DNA of 64,000 nt from Nitrososphaerota archaeon (GTDB taxonomy: Archaea; Thermoproteota; EX4484-205; JAAOZP01): the NCBI GenBank assembly GCA_011605725.1, contig JAAOZP010000017.1, positions 256,001 to 320,000 of the forward strand. Direction: 5' to 3'. The notes under the pieces were generated by a model. That model was not told the DNA's origin, searched no databases, and was given only the letters and a program-made list of their open reading frames with translations. The first letter of the stretch is position 1. Every line of letters begins with the position of its first letter. This document shows, in pieces, positions 48,825-59,400 of the stretch. A program made the translations under genes and the position numbers.

Positions 48825-50183
48825 ATGAGCATCGTTAAGACCATCCTGAAGCTCGTTGCAGTAATCGTTTCAGGAAGCCTGGTTAAAAAGCTTTTAGATT
48901 CTATCGGGTATTCCCTCGGCTTAGACCTGGGAGGCTTGACGAGCCTGATCACCGTGGCGGCAATGGTGTTCTTAACCATATACCTATTTTCACCGGGAAA
49001 GTATTTTAAAAACGGTTTGAGAAGGGTCTTTGAAAAAGTATTCTCCTTCCTACTCATCTGGTTGACAGCAGCATTCTCCTCAGCCCTCTTCCACACTAAG
49101 TACTATACTCAAATAGGATTCGTAGTGGCACTCCTATACATTGTCCTAACTATTCGCAAACCCGTGAACATTGGGATTAGGCTGAATAGGCTGAGGATAG
49201 TAAGCAAGGAGGAGCCTGCCCAGCCTGAAGACCACATGATCCTCCTGTCCCTTGCGCCAGTTCCTAGAGTTGCTTTCCTTCACGGGTTTGGCCCAAGCGG
49301 CTTACTGAAATTGTTAACAGGAGGGGCGAGGCTCAGCCTGAAGCTTCCTGAAGACGTCTTTATAGAATCCTTTAAGCATCGCCAGACGCTTAGGCTCAAG
49401 GGAAACCTCTCCACCCTTGTGGAAGCTGTGGGAAAGGGCGTAACGGGCAGTATCGCCATACTCTGTGAAGCCAAGCCCGCAAGAGAGTTTATGAAGATTG
49501 AGGTTGCTTCTGATAATCCGCAGGCTCTCGAGGGGTTCACTGAGAAGCTGAAGGAGACAGGCCCAGGCTCCCAGCATGGTGTACGGCGGGCTTTGGAAGA
49601 ATGGCTCTCTCTGAAACCATACGTAACACCGGTTCCTGAGCTGCTGTATCCAAACCCTATTCTGCTAGCTGGGAGGCTGCTGATAGTGGGTGAGAGAAGG
49701 AATGCGGAGGATCTTGCCCTCCAACTATGCCTCTCGCAGTTAAGGAGGAACTCGGTGAGCCTCGTGGTGGAAGGGAGAGCCGGGAACGTTGAGGATGATG
49801 TGAGAATGAGGCTTGTTGAAAAAGGTTTTAAGCCTAGTGGGAACAGGCTGCTTAAGAAGCCTTTTGAAACCTACAGGTGTCGCGACGGGATGGAGGTGGT
49901 CTTCGCCGACAAGCCGTCCGGCGGGGCCTTTCTTAAGAAAAAACCGTCTAAACCCTTAGTCGCCGTCTGGTTTAGAGACCTTGTTCAAAACCTCGATGTG
50001 AACGCCCCGATCAGAATACTGACGCTTGGAAAACCATGGGCGTGTTCAAGCTTTGAAGCGGACAGCATCATCCTCATAGGCTGCGAGAAGGAGCTGGTCG
50101 AATCGTTTCTACCATCCAGAGGACTTGCACTCGAGGGGAAGACTGTCCTGGTCTCACGACAGGGGGTGAGGGTGCTGAAATGA
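48825..50183 (+). CDS. Membrane protein (about 4 N-terminal TMs) with a degenerate C-terminal P-loop/RecA-like domain
   Basis: Hydrophobic residues 1-110. RLLIVG..AEDLALQL, LVAVWFRD and ADSIILIG follow the RecA-fold pattern but lack GKT and DE. Confidence 0.55.
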   Translation: MSIVKTILKLVAVIVSGSLVKKLLDSIGYSLGLDLGGLTSLITVAAMVFLTIYLFSPGKYFKNGLRRVFEKVFSFLLIWLTAAFSSALFHTKYYTQIGFVVALLYIVLTIRKPVNIGIRLNRLRIVSKEEPAQPEDHMILLSLAPVPRVAFLHGFGPSGLLKLLTGGARLSLKLPEDVFIESFKHRQTLRLKGNLSTLVEAVGKGVTGSIAILCEAKPAREFMKIEVASDNPQALEGFTEKLKETGPGSQHGVRRALEEWLSLKPYVTPVPELLYPNPILLAGRLLIVGERRNAEDLALQLCLSQLRRNSVSLVVEGRAGNVEDDVRMRLVEKGFKPSGNRLLKKPFETYRCRDGMEVVFADKPSGGAFLKKKPSKPLVAVWFRDLVQNLDVNAPIRILTLGKPWACSSFEADSIILIGCEKELVESFLPSRGLALEGKTVLVSRQGVRVLK

Positions 50184-51403
50184 GGGTTGTGTCCGAGCAG
50201 AGCCTAGGATTGCTCGAGGCTTCTGCGAGAATAGGCGTAGCCGGGAGCAATTTCAAGGCTGCTCTCATATACCTGATTCAAAACGTGTTTGAGGATGCTA
50301 AGGTAATCCTGTTCGACTTAAACGACGAGTTTAGCTGCGTGGCAAGAATAGGTTCGACTAGATACTATGAGGTTGTGAAACACGGCATTAACCCGATTAA
50401 ACCTCTGAATCGTGAAAAGGTTGAGCAGTACGTCGAATCAGTTGTGGAGATACTTGACTATTGCTTCGGGACTTTCAACATGAAGAGCATGGTGGCGAAA
50501 GCGCTTTTGAACAGCGTCTTAAGGTCTCCGGAAACCACGATACCTGAGGTTGCTTCAACACTTGACTTTGAAACCCCGGAGGGAGGGTTATCCGTGTACA
50601 CGCCTCTTGAACCATTCACCTTCGGAACCCTGAGGCAAGCGTTTGGCAGAAGGGAAGCGTTCGAGTTCAGCAGCGTTTTGGAGTCAGGAATGGTTTTCAA
50701 CCTCTCCGGGTTTACAGTGGCTTCGCACAAGGTTTTCGCAACGCTTTTGACGCTGGCGAAGCTTATCCAGCTTGAACCCAAGCATAGGACGCTCGTAGTA
50801 GTATGCTACCCAAGCCTGATATGGCCGAGAAACAGGAGGTTTGACAACGCTAGGCTCTTCGTTGAAGAATCCCTAATCGGAGAACTTGAAAGGAAGGAGT
50901 ATTCAATAGTGTTCGCTGAGAAAAACCTGTCACAGGTTTCTGAAAGGGTTTTGGAGAACCTTGACTCGGTAGTCTTCTCACCTCCCTCTGAGGCCACTAA
51001 CCCGTGGAGGATGAGCCCCGCGCCCGAGAGGAATGCTTCAAACTACTCCATGCTCATCCTTGTTAAGAATGGGGAGTATGGTTTTATAGAGGCTCCTGTG
51101 AACATGCTTCTTAAGCCCCTTAGCGAGAAGGAGAGGGAGGCACGTAAGCCAGCCATGAAAATCTTAAGCCTTGACGAGGGGCTGAAGGAGGGGCTTGGCG
51201 AATCCTATGAGGCAGGAGCCAAGATAATTGGGAAGCTAAGGGGACTGGGTGGAAAAGCTGGCTTAAACGAGTTCATAGAAGAAGTGAGAGCCTCACTTGG
51301 CGCAGAGGGCCTCAGGGCTCTTGCCGCGCTCATAAGGCAGGGTTATCTAAAACAAGTTCGCGAGGGTGAGAAGCAACTCCTGGTTTTAACAGGAGGAGAT
51401 TAG
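50180..51403 (+). CDS. Degenerate HerA/VirB4-like (DUF87) ATPase with C-terminal winged helix
   Basis: RIGVAGSNFK (broken Walker A), VILFDLNDEF, GINP, MVFNLS, LVVVCYP (broken Walker B), ERK.YSIVFAEKNLSQVSERVLEN, LAALIRQGYL. Confidence 0.6.
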   Translation: MRVVSEQSLGLLEASARIGVAGSNFKAALIYLIQNVFEDAKVILFDLNDEFSCVARIGSTRYYEVVKHGINPIKPLNREKVEQYVESVVEILDYCFGTFNMKSMVAKALLNSVLRSPETTIPEVASTLDFETPEGGLSVYTPLEPFTFGTLRQAFGRREAFEFSSVLESGMVFNLSGFTVASHKVFATLLTLAKLIQLEPKHRTLVVVCYPSLIWPRNRRFDNARLFVEESLIGELERKEYSIVFAEKNLSQVSERVLENLDSVVFSPPSEATNPWRMSPAPERNASNYSMLILVKNGEYGFIEAPVNMLLKPLSEKEREARKPAMKILSLDEGLKEGLGESYEAGAKIIGKLRGLGGKAGLNEFIEEVRASLGAEGLRALAALIRQGYLKQVREGEKQLLVLTGGD

Positions 51404-51404
51404 G

Positions 51405-52268
51405 ATGAGGAAGCTGAGCACCGGTATTAAGCCGCTGGACGAGCTGACCGGAGGCCTTCCAACAGGTGTTTCAAACCTGGTTTACGGAAGCCCTGGAACA
51501 GGAAAGACCACGATTTCCCTGACCCTGGTGGCTGAGGCTTTAAAGACCTGTAGGGAGAAGGATGTGGTGATAGTTGTAAAAACAGAGGAGTGGGACCCCG
51601 ACCGGCTGAAAACAATATGCGTCGAGAGGGGTATTAGGGAGGAAACCTTGTCAAGGATTAAGATGTATCAGGCCAGCGGCCTCTTCGAGCAGCATAAGGC
51701 GATAGTTGAGACAATACCTAGAGAAGTTGATAAGAACGACTGGGTTCCAGTGCTTATGATCGTCGACTCACTGGTTCCCCATTATCATGCGCAACTATTG
51801 AACACGCCGACTCAACACTTAGCATCCACAGCGAGGATTCTTCAAGGCAAGCTTTCGCTTGAAGTCAACACGCTCGTCGGAATGGCGACGGGCTACGAGT
51901 CGCTTCTCTTAATAACGAGTTGGCGGAGGAGTGAAGCCGCTAGGAGTTTTCAAGAGAAGTCTAGGAGGGAGATGGCGGAAAGCATAGATAAGAAGAGTTT
52001 CTCGATAGACCCTGAAGCCGGGTTCGGTGCCAGGGAGTTCGACGTGATTGGGGGGCAGCATCTCGTTTACATGAGCAAGACCATTCTTAGGATGGTGTCG
52101 ACAAGCCTGGGCGAGGACGTTAAGGCGGTGATCTTGGAGAAATCGCTTTCAAGACCGTCAATGACCTGCTGCTTAGTCAGGATCACTGAGGCAGGCATAG
52201 CACCATATAAGGATATTAATCCGGCACCCGTCGCAGAGATGATTAAGAAGAAAATCCTGAAGGAATAG
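51405..52268 (+). CDS. RecA-superfamily ATPase, RadB/RadA-paralog-like
   Basis: LSTGIKPLDELTGGLP.G...VYGSPGTGKTT, KTE, LMIVDSL, IGGQHL.YMSKTILRM, C.VRITEAGI. Confidence 0.8.
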   Translation: MRKLSTGIKPLDELTGGLPTGVSNLVYGSPGTGKTTISLTLVAEALKTCREKDVVIVVKTEEWDPDRLKTICVERGIREETLSRIKMYQASGLFEQHKAIVETIPREVDKNDWVPVLMIVDSLVPHYHAQLLNTPTQHLASTARILQGKLSLEVNTLVGMATGYESLLLITSWRRSEAARSFQEKSRREMAESIDKKSFSIDPEAGFGAREFDVIGGQHLVYMSKTILRMVSTSLGEDVKAVILEKSLSRPSMTCCLVRITEAGIAPYKDINPAPVAEMIKKKILKE

Positions 52269-52373
52269 GGAGGAATGGCAGCGTGAACAGGCTTCTTCCC
52301 CTCCTCTGCTTCTTCAAGGGTATTGTCCTAATCCTCATCTTAACCCCTCCATTAGTTAGCGTGTCTGCAATGA

Positions 52374-53125
52374 TCATCGAGCTGGCTTATGACGATGGTG
52401 GAGCAGAACTCTTCGCGCGCGCTCATCCCCTTTCTCCCTATTCCACTCGCTGAACTCCTCCCTTATATCGGTTGGGTTAAAAACGCCCCTGGAAATCCTA
52501 ACCAGCTTTTTAAACAAGCCAACGCCGATGCCCTCGTCCGGCACAATCCTCCAGTCCTGAACGATGAACCTTTTATTATCGAAGAGCACCAAATCATAAT
52601 CTACCTCGGCAATTTTCTTCTTTAGAAATTCTCTTCATGTTTCTCTAAGGCTTTCTTTAAAAAGGCGCTCTTTGATTCATCCCACAGCCTGTCCTCCCGG
52701 TTTATCGCATAGTCTATCTCCCCGCTGAAAATCTTCTCAAGTATCTCCCCTGAAGAGAGGTTGGAATAATCCTCGAAGAAGCCCATTTTTCGGAGGAATC
52801 TCATTGAGTTTATCAACCTCCTCCTGATCTTTGGGTTTAGCTGGAGGCGAATATGAAAGAGTCTCCATCCCCCTTCTCTTTCTAACCTTTTAGCCTCATT
52901 CTTCGAGAGAATGACGTATGCCTTTCCCTCAGGTCGTCCAATACTGTAGTATTGACACCCGGTATCCTTAATCCAAATGTTAATTCTGGCGATAACTTCA
53001 GAAATCTTCTTCGGATCTGGTACGCAGTTTCCATCCGCGTTTCTACATTCTAACTTGACCCCCCATATGCTTTCCCCTCACGTCCAAGTGGAGACCGAGC
53101 GAAAAGGACTGTCTTTCCCCTCCAT
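52374..53125 (-). pseudogene. Fragmented hypothetical gene(s)
   Basis: Protein-like stretches in shifting frames: RINIWIKDTGCQYYSI..AYVILSKNEAKRLE; FLRKMGFFEDYSNLSS; LFDNKR..LVRISRGVFNPTDIREE. Confidence 0.45.
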
Positions 53126-53419
53126 GATCCGCGGCTGGAAAGCTCCCCTGGATATACCCACGAGCCTGCTGAACAGGAATTCCAGTTAGCGCGCGATACC
53201 TACTTGGCGTCAAGGTTTAACGGGAGCAGTAAAAGTGAAGAGAGAATTCGAGGAAATAAAGAAAAGAGTTGAAGCAATTATAGCTGCATATAAGCTTGCG
53301 AGGGGCGCTTATAAAAAGAGATTTCCCTCAGAACTCGAGAAGGAAAATTACAAAAAATATCAAGAGTTCCGTAAATCCATCTTGTAAAAATACGGGCTTA
53401 AGAAGAGAAAGTTAAAGAT

Positions 53420-56400
53420 TTAAGCATCACTAGCTATCGAAACACTCAGCTTCCTGACAAGCGCCTTGTCGAAGACCTTCCTCTGCTTAAACTCCTCCTG
53501 CTTCCCCTGGTTCCACTGCTCTACGGGTCTCAGATAACCGACGACCCTCGAGTACACTTCTGTTGTTCTTCCACACTTTGGACACGTGTGCTGCTCTCCC
53601 GAGAGATACCCGTCCTCCGGGCAAATGCTGAAGGTTGGTGTAAGCGTGAAGTAGGGCAGCTTAAAGTTTTCACAAATCTTCCTCACCAGTGACGCGACGG
53701 ATTCAACTGGAGGGTTGCTTTCGCCTAACCACACGTGAGCCACAGTCCCCCCGGTGTATTTTGTTTGAAGAGGATCCTGGAGTCTAAGGTACTCCCAGAG
53801 GTCGTCAGTATAGTAGACGGGCAGGTGGGTTGAGTTCGTGTAGTATGGTGCAGCACCCTTCTTAACCTCCTCCTCGTTCGCAACAATTATGCTCGGGTAG
53901 GTTTTCTTATCTATCCTCGCGAGCCTGTGTGAAGTCCCCTCTGCCGGGGTGGCCTCAAGATTGTATATACTCCCGGTTTCCTCCTGGAAGTCTTGGAGTC
54001 TCTTCCTCATGTAGTCTAGGACTTTGATTGTGAAGCTGAGGCCTTCTGGGTCGCCGATGCTGCATCCTAGGAAGTTTAGGCAGGCTTCGTTCATGCCGAT
54101 TAAGCCTATTGTGCTGAAATGGTTTTTCCAGTATTGGCCGAAAGCCTCCTTGATGTGTCTCAGGTAGAACCTGGAGTATGGGTATAGGCCTGCCTCCGTG
54201 AATTTTTCAAGCCATTTCCTCTTGATTTCTAGGACGTCTTTCGCGAGGACCATCATCCTGTCGAGCCTGGCGAAGAACTCGCCCTCGCTCTTCGACAGGA
54301 AGCCTATCCTAGGCATGTTTATCGTGACGACGCCTATGCTATTGCCACACCAACAAGATTTGCCGTTTCTTCTAACCATTATCACGTGGTTAGGAACTTC
54401 TACGCAATACACCTTCCCCTTGTAATATACCTTGCTGATGTTTCTTTTCCTTAGCCTGTAATATTTAGATTTTTGTACTCCTATTGTCCAGCATTTTTCA
54501 GTATTTATAATTCTTCCTTTTATTTTCGCTCTCTTTTTGCTCTTTCTTATAGATGAAATCATCCCTATCTTTAAAATTATTTCTTGCATGTCTGCAGCCA
54601 ATCTGTCTGAGGAAGTCCAGTAAGTAGTTTGACCAGTAGTTTTCCTTATATGACCATTTCCCTTCACCATCCAATCGAATAAAATTTTCAGCTGTCTTGC
54701 ACTTAAATTCTTTATTTCTTGAGGTATGTACTTTTCATATTTATTTCCAAATTGTCTAAGGTAATTCCAAAGCTGTTTATTGCAAATAACAAAGCTGCGA
54801 GCTTCTTCGCGATAGTTGAAAGGCAACCTATCTAGCAGCTCTTTTATTTCTTTCCTCTTCTTTCTATTAACTTGAGTAATAAAGATTCTGTAGCCATGCT
54901 CTGCAGCAATATTTTCATTATCAACGCTGCCTTCAGTAAGCCAGATACCGAAAAACTTTAACCAGTCATCCATTTTTATTTTTAAGGGCTGAGTTTCATA
55001 TCTTACCCTCGTCCTTTCTTCATTTCCGTATTTTTCTTTAGTACAAATATTGTAGACAGTTACAGGATCACAGTCAAAGTTCTCAGCTATCTGATAAATG
55101 CTCACTCCCTCGGTTTTTAACTTTCTAATTGCTTCCAATTCCTCTTTCGAGAATCTAGAAACAGGTCCTGTGCCACTGAGAATCTCTACTGAAGGCAAGA
55201 CAAAATATTCTTCCTCGTTCCCATTCCAAACACCTTGCTTAGGAATTCTATGCGAGTTTGGATTAAAATCTTTTGCTTCTACAAACTTGTTCCTCCATAC
55301 TTTTCCATCCCGATATTCAACAAACATTCTATGGTTTGGTGTTACTAAAAGGTCTAAGGATTTATGCTTAAAACGAATCATTTCTCCATCCCAATCATAT
55401 TCAAAAATTCTAATCGGCTTATGAATCTCTATTGTTCCATCTTGTTTCCTTGTGAAAATTTCGTCTTCAAGAGTGAGATCTTTAAATTTCTTCCAACCTT
55501 TTGTCGTAAGAATTTCTGTTTCCTCATCATAACACCCGGTTAGGGGGTTGGCGCCGAATAGGCCTCCGCCCCTCTTCTTCAATTCTCTTTTGTCGAGCCT
55601 CAAATGGCAGCAGTTATGCGTAATGTTTCCGAGAGAATGAATAAACAAGTGGTTCCTTTCAAGCTCTACGTCAAAAAACTCCTGTTCTTTTTCAAGCTCT
55701 ATTAACTCACATTTTTTCACTCTTACGAACATTATGTCCCCGTTAATGAATTTCTTGCTCTCCTTAGTATGCGCATCATATCTGGATAGAGTTTCCACTC
55801 CAACCATCCTACTCTTGTTTAAGCCAGGCACCGCATAAGTCGATTTCGCCATCCGCCCAGGAACTCTTTCAAATAGAGTTGGAGTAGCTTGATTACCAAT
55901 CGAGTTTATTTTCGATTTTTTATGCTGGATGTAGATTCTTTGGCTTTTCCTCTTCTCCTTATAGCAAACGGGTATCCCTAATATGGTGAACAGGATTGCC
56001 AAATCCCGCGCCAATTCCCTATCATTAAGATGTATCTCTTTATTTCTCTCGTAACCATCACCTAGGAAGAAGTATTTTAGAAACGCTTTTATAACTGTTG
56101 GCGGAGAATTAAAAATCACTTGTGGCAACCTCCCGTATTTTTTGAATCCAGCATTATAGAAAGCTCTTGCAATGTCTGTAGAATAAACATAGAAGTAACG
56201 AGTATCATATCGCGTATCCTCTTTCTCTCTAACCGAACACTTTAATACGTCTTTTATAAGTTTTTTAACCTTTTTTCTCAACAATGGATTATTATTCCCG
56301 AAAGTGAATTGTAATCCTTTTGGCAACCTATAGGTCTTCAAGTTCTTTCTATTTTCAAAAAGATAGTTTCCATCAGCCGTGAAGAAACCTAATAACTCCG

Positions 56401-59400
56401 CAAGCTTCTCATCGAGAACAAAGCTTCCGATCTTCTCATAGTTGGTAGCGAGAGCGTGACACGAAGATTTTAAAGTTAAAACTATGTCGCCAGGTTTTAC
56501 GTCCTTCGCTAATTTATTGACTATTCCATTTATTGTAACAACGGGAATTAAATGATTTCTTGAGACTCTGATTGTTTTACCGTCTTCTGTAACTATTTTT
56601 ATCATCTTATTATCAGTGACCTTCAGAAAGCGTTTGACCTTCACCCATTCTGTTTTCCAAGTTTCTGGATTAAGAGATAGAACCTCGACTTCTTTAACAG
56701 GATCAGCCCACCCATCGTTTTTAAATTCTCCAGCATATTTTTCAACTACTTGACCTATAGTTTCTCTTCTCACACTTCCACTATTTCTAATCAAAAGTTC
56801 TTCATCAGGGTGCAAACACATTGAGCGAACGTCTTCAGGATTCATGTCGGAGTTGATGAAGTTTGCGAAGTATGGTATTCCGTATTTCGCGGAGGTTTCT
56901 AATACTGTTCTAGTGGTTTCATCGTTCCATTCGAAATCCCTGGTTATGTTTATGGTTGGGATGGGGAAGGTATTGTGGACTAGCAATTGATCGGCAACGA
57001 AGTTTTCGCTTTCTGTAGAGAAATCATAAACCATGCCATTAGAAGGAGTTGCCTTTTCGATTTTTTTGATCTTCAAAAATAGAATATTATTCTTCTCCAC
57101 TTCCTTTAAAGCTGGAGGAATTTCGATTTTTAACCTTTTCGCATATTCAATCACGTTTTTAACCTTTTGTAGAGAAGTAGAATTGGAATGCGAGATTCCA
57201 AATTTCTTAGAGATTCTGATTTTCGTATTTCGATATTTCCTGCCTAAAGAATCGAAATAATACGGTTCTTTTTCTAATATTTTCTCAAAAACCATTTCTA
57301 GGCCGCTTTCCTTTATCGGAATTTTGGAAATGCTGTATGAATCCTTGGGATGCAGTTTTCTATCTCGCCAGACAGTTATTCTCCATGTTGGTTTTCCATC
57401 TCGATAATACTCGGTTAAAGTATGGAAAACTCCTAATTGCTTTAAAAGAACAGAGATACCATATATTAGCTCTCGCGAAACAGAGTTGACAACAATGTTT
57501 TCAGTTAACCAAGCATCACCCTCAAAATAGGCGAGGAGGAAACTTTTTTTAATTTCTTGCGGAGCTTCGAAAATTATCTGAGGAACCCTCCTTCCAGTAC
57601 CGGTCCCAACCTTAAATATTTCAGTTATTACCATTCTCAAGAGTTTTGAATGCACTCTTACCTCTATCAGGTTCCTATCCTTAACTTCGCGTAGGCAGAC
57701 GGGAACCCCACGGAAGATTCTCCTTACTAATTGGGCTACGCGGATAGCCTTTTCTCTCTCTTCTTTCAGGTTGAACCCCAAGCTTATCCCACCTTTTTCA
57801 GCTGAACCCTCAGCGCAATAATACCCTAAGAACTCTGCTAATTCTTTTGTCAGTGGAAGAAGGTTCCTCAACTTTATTGAAGACCCTCTAAGACTTAACT
57901 TCGCCTTTGACAAGTCGAACTCGCTTAAGTAAGCTATATTTTCCAGCGGAAAAACCGGGACATCGTAGGAGTATTCATAGATCCGCTTACCGTATTTCCG
58001 CCTTTGTACAGCTTTTCTAGTTTCCCTGTAGAGTTTTCCCCCTTTGTAAACATCCCTTATGTAAACTCCTCTTACCCCATTCTTAGCAAATTCATTGGCC
58101 AGAGAAATCACCTGGGGCTTTCTTTCTTCTAAGGGCATGAATTTCGGCATGATTAGATAATCACCCTTTTGCAACATTGACGCTTTGAAGCTTTGAAGCT
58201 TTCCCTCTTTCAACACCATAACTGAATGGGAAGGGGTAACCTTAATGTTAAAGCCGCCGCCCGTAAATATTTTTAGAAGACTTTCTGTTGGATGACGAAC
58301 CAGAAAGTTTACTTTGCACCAGTCTATCTTGCCGTCTTTTAATCCTAAGGCCTTTATATCCTGAGCCCTTACGTCTAAAACTTCACAATTGTTTTCCTTG
58401 ATGTAAAGCGGTTTTCCTTTTTCCATCCATTCATCGATATACTCTCCAATTTTTACTAATTTCATCCGTCCAGAATTCTTTATTGGACACAGGCATTCCC
58501 CATCAACACTAAAGACTCTTCCGACAGCGTCTCCCTCAAGCATTACCTCGGCGAGAGCCCTGTTGAAAATATTCATTTCCTCCTGGAATTCCCCGTAGGT
58601 GGCGTCTAGAACCTCCCCGCCTATTATGACGGGTTCGTCACGCATGAAGCCCGGAACCTTGAGGTCGAGTGTCACATTTGAGAAGGGCGTGTTATGGAAA
58701 ACCAGGAGTCCAGCTCCTCCAATAAAGTTCTCTTGAGGCAAATCAACCGAGATATCGTATTCATATTCTTTATCATAGTTGAACTTTTCAACGCCTAGGC
58801 AAATCCTTGCTTCGAAGTCATTAACAAAGTATGTTTTCTTCGGTTTTGAATTTTCTTTGAAAATTCGAATTACGAACCTGTCTCGCCAATTTTTATTATT
58901 CCTATTGAGTTTTTCAGTGTAAACGGCGAATCTAAAATTGTTTTGGCTTAGAAGCAGACTTAGACTTGTGCTCAGTTTTCTCGATGTAGTTAAATAATCC
59001 CAATATTTCGAATATTCTGAACCATCGCCTTTCAGAAGGGTTTTAATAAAGATCTTCTGATATTTGGGAGAAAGGTTGAAGATAAACCAAGGAACAACTT
59101 TATTAAATGATAGGTAGCCGCAGGTTCTGCTAACGACTTCCGCTAAGAGTCCTCTTCCAGTTATTTCAAGAACTGTTTTAGTTTTTCTTCCATTTCTAGA
59201 ATATCCTTTGCCGCGAGCCACTTGACCTAAGGCATTTAAAGCCCTCAAAAGCTTGATGATGTCTCTTGCGTTTTTAGAAGGCGGTTGAGAAACATAGAGG
59301 GGAGTCGAAATAGCTGTATGACCTTCAGAAATATACCAAGCACAAAGTTTTACGAAGTTTTCAAGTAGCTTCCCATTTAAAAACCTCGGATACCATACAT

